From a virus (Duplodnaviria; Caudoviricetes): a stretch of 39,241 bases of DNA. The notes under the pieces are model-generated. The model was not told where the DNA came from. It searched no databases and saw only the letters and a program-made list of their open reading frames with translations. A program made the position numbers and the translations under genes. Location: the IMG/VR virus record IMGVR_UViG_3300028585_000507, positions 1 to 39,241 of that record; one strand, written 5' to 3'. Below, piece after piece: positions 35,321-39,241 of this stretch; position 1 is the stretch's first letter, and each line of letters starts with the position of its first letter.

Positions 35321-35832
35321 GCATCGTTGCGGTCATCGGCCCAGTTCGCCGTTACTGGTGGGTCGGCCTGTTAGCCATTATCGCCGCGCTCTCACTCAAG
35401 CTGGCATCGCGAACGGCGGCGCTCAGTGACATGGCCGCGCTCCGCATGGCTGAGCGTCGCGCCCATGAAATCACGCAGAGCAACTACCGTGAGACGCTGG
35501 CCACCGCCCGCGCCGCCGATGCCGAGCACGCCCGCGCCGTGGAAACTGCGCAACAGGAGGTCACCAATGCTGTATCGTCCGATTATCAGTCTCGCGTTGC
35601 TGCCGTGCGCGCTCGCTATGACAGCCTGCTCCGGGACGTCCGCGTTGAAGCCGCTGCCGGTGGTCGCGGAAGCACGGCAGTGCCCGGCGTTCCCGTCGCC
35701 GCCAGCGGACCTGATGCAGCCTCCGCGCAAGCTGGACTTCCTGCCGGAGATGCGTTGATCGCTACGGAGCAAGCGTTTCAACTGGAAGCGCTGCAATCCT
35801 GGGTGCGCGGGCAGGGTGCGGTAAGCCGGTAG
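35317..35832 (+). CDS. Inner-membrane spanin (Rz-like)
   Basis: N-terminal transmembrane helix, periplasmic coiled coil, QLEALQSWVR terminus. Confidence 0.8.
   Translation: MSIVAVIGPVRRYWWVGLLAIIAALSLKLASRTAALSDMAALRMAERRAHEITQSNYRETLATARAADAEHARAVETAQQEVTNAVSSDYQSRVAAVRARYDSLLRDVRVEAAAGGRGSTAVPGVPVAASGPDAASAQAGLPAGDALIATEQAFQLEALQSWVRGQGAVSR
35567..35758 (+). CDS. Outer-membrane spanin lipoprotein (Rz1-like), nested in the +1 frame
   Basis: AGGAGG RBS at 35555-35560; lipobox AMTAC; Pro-rich mature part. Confidence 0.82.
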   Translation: MLYRPIISLALLPCALAMTACSGTSALKPLPVVAEARQCPAFPSPPADLMQPPRKLDFLPEMR

Positions 35833-35846
35833 CTTAGGTGAGGATG

Positions 35847-35882
35847 CCTGCCGGCCCCTTTCATACGAGGGGAGCCGGCAGG
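35847..35882. terminator. Hairpin at the end of the late operon
   Basis: CCTGCCGGC-CCCT...AGGG-GA-GCCGGCAGG stem after the spanin stop; no clear U-tract. Confidence 0.5.
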
Positions 35883-36026
35883 ACTGCGCAGTCGGTCGGG
35901 CCTCCTACGGTGATGCGGCAATAACGACCCGATTTGCGATTTGCATCTGTTTTGAGGTCGCACTGGTAGACGGACGCCGATGTTTCGATCATTAGGCCCT
36001 AACCGAATCTGTTGGCGGGGCCGACC

Positions 36027-36596
36027 GTGAAAATCTTGTTCTCGATCGCTTGTGCGGCATTTTCTCTGGGGGCCGGTTCTGCTCAAAGCGCTATTGTTAC
36101 GCAATCGTTCAGTCTCGCAACAACGCCCTTCACGTCGTCAAGCTTTCTACCGCAATTCCCATACACGGCGTTTACCGGTAAATTTCGCATTTCCTTTGAT
36201 AACAGTTCGTCAATAACCAAATCTAAAGCGGGATTGACGATATCCGGTTTCAATGGGGCGAGAGATTTTGACCTGAGCTACGCATACGACAAGGGCACAG
36301 ACTCTTTCACGATTGCAACTAGCCCAGAACCATACCGATGCCTCTTGTCGGACACGTCCTTTTGCTTTTTTGTTCCGAATGCGTCGACTACGTTGAAGTC
36401 GGACGGAGTAACGACCGATCGAATTTATTATAGTTTACCGGGGGCGTATGGCGTTTCCCAGAACTATGCCGCAACGAGGGCAATTTTACAGACTACGGCT
36501 GTTCCGGAGCCGTCAATGTGGATGCTGTTTCTCGGCGGCTTCAGTCTTCTAGGCGCGTCGATGAGGCGACGCCCCCTGGCCCCGCGGCGCGCCTGA
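36027..36596 (+). CDS. PEP-CTERM (PEPxxW-type) exosortase-sorted surface protein
   Basis: Signal peptide ending AQSA; C-terminal VPEPSMWMLFLGGFSLLGASMRRR; AT-richer than the phage core. Confidence 0.9.
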   Translation: MKILFSIACAAFSLGAGSAQSAIVTQSFSLATTPFTSSSFLPQFPYTAFTGKFRISFDNSSSITKSKAGLTISGFNGARDFDLSYAYDKGTDSFTIATSPEPYRCLLSDTSFCFFVPNASTTLKSDGVTTDRIYYSLPGAYGVSQNYAATRAILQTTAVPEPSMWMLFLGGFSLLGASMRRRPLAPRRA

Positions 36597-36719
36597 CCTC
36601 GGCCAGCGACCGCATATCGGCCAAGATATCACGCCATATTCCGCTGGACCGCCAGCGTGCAGCTGATTCCGGACAGGCATAGGCCGAGCGGCTTGAGGCC
36701 GCGCGGCAAGAGTGCCGCT

Positions 36720-36956
36720 TCATTCGTCCGGCAGCCCGAGTTGACGCAAGATGCCACGGAACGCCGGCCGGGTATTCTGCGATCGTCCAATATCGTTCTC
36801 GCTATCGGCGCAGTCCCAGAACCAGTCCAAGGGCCATCTTTCCATATGAGGTCGCGCCGCCATAAGCGCGGCGCGGACCTCGGGCGTCTTCACCTTCTCC
36901 CGTGTCGAACGCTCGACCGCGTCGCGCAGGATCTGGACAGCTTCTGTCCGGTTCAC
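36720..36956 (-). CDS. Small hypothetical protein
   Basis: GTG start overlapping the upstream TGA; 78 aa. Confidence 0.55.
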   Translation of the reverse strand: MNRTEAVQILRDAVERSTREKVKTPEVRAALMAARPHMERWPLDWFWDCADSENDIGRSQNTRPAFRGILRQLGLPDE

Positions 36957-37105
36957 AGATCCAGATCGCGCCGCTGGATCTCCGCCAAAGCCTGTTCCTG
37001 CTCCGGCGTCGGATCGCCGTCCACCGCGTCCCAAATGGCGATCAGCTGATCGTCCGTCATGGCGGCGGGGTTGTAGTCGGTCGGGCGGTGCGAATCAGTC
37101 ATCAT
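36953..37105 (-). CDS. Small acidic hypothetical protein (50 aa, absent from the ORF track)
   Basis: GAGGA RBS; MMTDSHRPTDYNPAAMTDDQLIAIWDAVDGDPTPEQEQALAEIQRRDLDL. Confidence 0.6.
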   Translation of the reverse strand: MMTDSHRPTDYNPAAMTDDQLIAIWDAVDGDPTPEQEQALAEIQRRDLDL

Positions 37106-37284
37106 CTTTTCCTCGCTCTACGGACTGAGGCTAATCGAACACGTCGCCGGCAGCGAGGCCGGCGGGGTGCCATGTTCGTGCATGGCAACCGGCGGGAGGC
37201 TCCCCCGCCACGCGCGGCCGACCAGCCGCTTGCGCCCGCACCCGGCAGCGCCGGGCGGCTGCTATAGAGAGCACAATTTCCAAC

Positions 37285-38025
37285 ATGTATTCCAGAATCG
37301 ATTTCAGCGCGCCGCCGACCGGCGTGGCTGGCGAGGCCGCCGGCTACCTCTTCGATCAGGCAAGCGACCTTTTCGGCAATCGGGAATGCCTCGGCTTCGG
37401 TAGCCCTGCGTTCGCGGTGGTGCTGCTTGATCGTGAGCAGGCGAACGCGATCGTCATGGCAAACCACTATAGTCGCCGCATTACGAGCGGATCGACCTTG
37501 CATCTGGGCCTTTGGCTCGACGGCGTGCTGTGCGGTGTCCTGCAATATGGCAACGCGATGAACCCGGCGTCTGCGCCCACTATCGTCGCCGGCACCCTCA
37601 TGTCCGAATATCTCGAACTGAACCGTATGTGGCTGTCCGACGACGCGCCCCGGAACAGCGAAAGCAAGGCGCTCGCCTACTCGATCCGGCTGATCCGCCG
37701 CGTTCGCCCGGCGGTGAAGTGGATACAATCGTTCGCCGACGAACGATGCGGACTGTTCGGGACGGTCTATCAGGCTGCCGGCTTCACCTTTCACGGCGAG
37801 CATATCGGGCTGTTCTGGGAACTGGACGGGGACTGGTATCACAATAGCCTCATGACGCGCCGCAAGGATGCATCTGGGCCGCGTGCAGCCCGGTTGCTGG
37901 CGAACCGGGAACGCGCCGTCCTTCACCGCCTTCGCCAGTTTAGATATCTGCGTTTCCTACAGGTCCGGTTCGAGCGGGCCTGTCTCTACCCGCGACAGCC
38001 CTTCCCGAAGCCCGACTATCAGTAA
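37285..38025 (+). CDS. mom: Mom-family DNA adenine hypermodification enzyme (Mu Mom homologue)
   Basis: NHYSRR, LHLG, GVLQYG.A.NP, YLELNRMWLSDDAPRNSESKALAY, WIQSFADERCG..GTVYQA, ELDGDWYH, LANRERAV.H...Q.RY.RFL, QPFPK match Mu Mom motifs as recalled. Confidence 0.92.
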   Translation: MYSRIDFSAPPTGVAGEAAGYLFDQASDLFGNRECLGFGSPAFAVVLLDREQANAIVMANHYSRRITSGSTLHLGLWLDGVLCGVLQYGNAMNPASAPTIVAGTLMSEYLELNRMWLSDDAPRNSESKALAYSIRLIRRVRPAVKWIQSFADERCGLFGTVYQAAGFTFHGEHIGLFWELDGDWYHNSLMTRRKDASGPRAARLLANRERAVLHRLRQFRYLRFLQVRFERACLYPRQPFPKPDYQ

Positions 38026-38068
38026 GGCGCTGGTTGCCTTGTAGGATTGTTCAGACGAACTGGGGAGC

Positions 38069-38138
38069 GCGGCCCGTCCAGTGGACGAGCCCCCGTCCAG
38101 GGGGTGCGAGGACGGCGCGACCCCGTCGGGCCGCTCCA
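38069..38138 (+). ncRNA. Atypical tRNA-Gly(UCC)-like RNA, putatively non-proteinogenic
   Basis: Acceptor stem GCGGCCC/GGGCCGC plus discriminator T and CCA; anticodon arm GCCCC-CGTCCAG-GGGGT (TCC at 38096-38098); T-arm GACGG-CGCGACC-CCGTC; mini D-arm GTCC-AGT-GGAC. Confidence 0.8.
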
Positions 38139-38143
38139 TGCGA

Positions 38144-38365
38144 TCAGTAGCTGATCCAGTCGCTTTCTGCGTCGTCGACCGCCTCGAACATATCCCCTTC
38201 GGCCATGGTTTCGCGGAGACGCTTCCGGACGTCTTCAGGTGTGCCGCCGCGCGGAAACTGCCGATCGCTCTTCGCGGCCTTTACCAGATCGCCGACCCAA
38301 CCTTCCCGATCGGTTTGCGCCAGTAGCCAAGCGCCGAAGGTTTCACCCTTGTCGTTCGTCATCAT
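38144..38365 (-). CDS. YozE SAM-like small protein, putatively SOS-inducible
   Basis: TFGAWLLAQTDREGWVGDLVKAAKSDRQFP...AESDW pattern; GAGG RBS; LexA box upstream. Confidence 0.75.
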   Translation of the reverse strand: MMTNDKGETFGAWLLAQTDREGWVGDLVKAAKSDRQFPRGGTPEDVRKRLRETMAEGDMFEAVDDAESDWISY

Positions 38366-38394
38366 CGTTCCGGCCTCTCATCGAATCGAAATGC

Positions 38395-38409
38395 GTTCGC
38401 TTTTCGTTC
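38395..38409 (-). promoter_or_regulatory. Alphaproteobacterial LexA (SOS) box
   Basis: GTTC-GCTTTTC-GTTC (GAAC-N7-GAAC on the minus strand) about 30 nt upstream of the YozE-like start. Confidence 0.72.
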
Positions 38410-38665
38410 CCATAGCGAGTGTGCTCGCGATCGACCAGCGGTCTGGCGGTATGTTCGGGTTGAGGCGTACTGTTATCGCCTATCTAGCCGACCCGAACCT
38501 ATCCGAAGATCTCCGATGGCCACTCCTCAGCTACACCACGTCACGGGACACGACCCCAACACGCCTTTCGCTCGCGTTTAAAAGCTGCTCTGCGTAAGGG
38601 CTTCGGCAGTCCGGGAGTGGCGAAACCTGGCAGCCCGTCCCGGTTTGGGAACAGTACTTGCAGTA

Positions 38666-39241
38666 TTATCTCCAGAGATCCGTAGCCAAAAAGATAAGGG
38701 GGCCAGCGACCATTAAAGGCTGGTACGGAAGCTTTACGAACGGCAAACACATTTCGGACCAAACACTAGGCATATCGCGCATTTGCTTGACGCTTTCTGA
38801 CCAGTCGAGGGATTGGAAGGGATGCTTTAGCCTATATAGGCCAGCAAAATGATCCTCGATCGCGTTAATGCGCGGGCCGAACGAGTGTTGAAAAACCTTC
38901 CATGTTCCTTCGAGATACCAAATCGAAAAAAGCACCACATCAAGAACGATTGCTTTAGCTAGCCATGGCATTGATGAACTTGCGGACGCAATAATTGCGG
39001 CGGCGCTTCCGCCGGCCATCCAGCCCTTGATCGATAGCGCACGTCGGTCGAAATCGTCCCATATTGCCATCAACATCTTATATTCGTCGGCAAGACGCTG
39101 ATCGACCACGTCAGATGCTGCCTCCTCCCCTACAGGCGGCCAAGGCATAGCGGCGCGACGACGATCAGACGCCGGACTGACCAAGCTGTCGAGCCTGCCT
39201 GTGAGCCATGGACTGGGCCGTTTCCGTTGCAGCCATTTCAT
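38666..39241 (-). CDS. Hypothetical multi-pass membrane protein (start uncertain, at window edge)
   Basis: EYKML...FDRRALSIKGW followed by two or three hydrophobic helices; lower GC. Confidence 0.65.
   Translation of the reverse strand: MKWLQRKRPSPWLTGRLDSLVSPASDRRRAAMPWPPVGEEAASDVVDQRLADEYKMLMAIWDDFDRRALSIKGWMAGGSAAAIIASASSSMPWLAKAIVLDVVLFSIWYLEGTWKVFQHSFGPRINAIEDHFAGLYRLKHPFQSLDWSESVKQMRDMPSVWSEMCLPFVKLPYQPLMVAGPLIFLATDLWR

Larger units (their letters stand above)
1..38600. mobile_element. Lambdoid/HK97-like siphovirus prophage (boundaries approximate)
   Basis: Ordered integration, immunity, replication, packaging, head, tail, lysis and moron modules with many ATGA/GTGA/TGATG overlaps; att sites not established. 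Confidence 0.93.

Noticed and set aside
35900-36026. Sigma-54 promoter for the PEP-CTERM gene
   Set aside because: No convincing TGGCAC-N5-TTGC (GG-N10-GC) spacing around the TTGC motifs.
36541-36723. 60-aa minus-strand ORF with ATGA overlap
   Set aside because: Overlaps the 3' end of the PEP-CTERM gene and has no convincing protein features; not called, though not excluded.
37167-37403. ORF overlapping the mom start as a possible com
   Set aside because: Lacks the two CxxC Zn-finger pairs of Com; composition looks like an off-frame translation.
37102-37926. 274-aa minus-strand ORF
   Set aside because: Antisense to the well-supported mom gene; no motifs.
38048-38060. GTTC-AGAC-GAAC as a LexA box
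   Set aside because: It is an inverted repeat with a 4-nt spacer, not the GTTC-N7-GTTC direct repeat.
38069-38138. Canonical translational tRNA-Gly or att-site tRNA remnant
   Set aside because: Lacks U8, U33 and TTC and has a truncated D-arm, so it is not canonical; it is full length with intact stems and I found no copy near int, which disfavours (but does not exclude) an att relic.

Overview
The window is an apparently complete, GC-rich lambdoid (HK97-like siphovirus) prophage. The host is inferred to be an alphaproteobacterium, probably Sphingomonadaceae, from GTTC-N7-GTTC LexA boxes and a PEPxxW-CTERM protein. Gene order: tyrosine integrase and xis-like gene; leftward early operon; CI/Cro switch with five 17-bp operators; CII-like, Lar-like and SSB genes; Prim-Pol/D5 primase-helicase followed by an iteron-like origin; late regulator; HNH, terminase, portal, protease and capsid; an inserted SGNH esterase plus secreted GH16 pair; head-tail and tail genes (tape measure with an M15 peptidase domain); lysis cassette (GH19 endolysin, holin, nested spanins); and a right-end accessory region. 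The main finding is a Mu Mom-type DNA adenine hypermodification gene (37285-38025) followed 43 nt later by a 70-nt tRNA-Gly(UCC)-like cloverleaf (38069-38138). This RNA keeps the bacterial GlyRS identity elements and an encoded CCA but lacks U8, U33 and T54/psi55 and has a shrunken D-arm. My inference is that it is a dedicated non-proteinogenic glycine carrier for Mom. All family assignments come from motif recognition by eye; no database searches were run, and att sites were not established.
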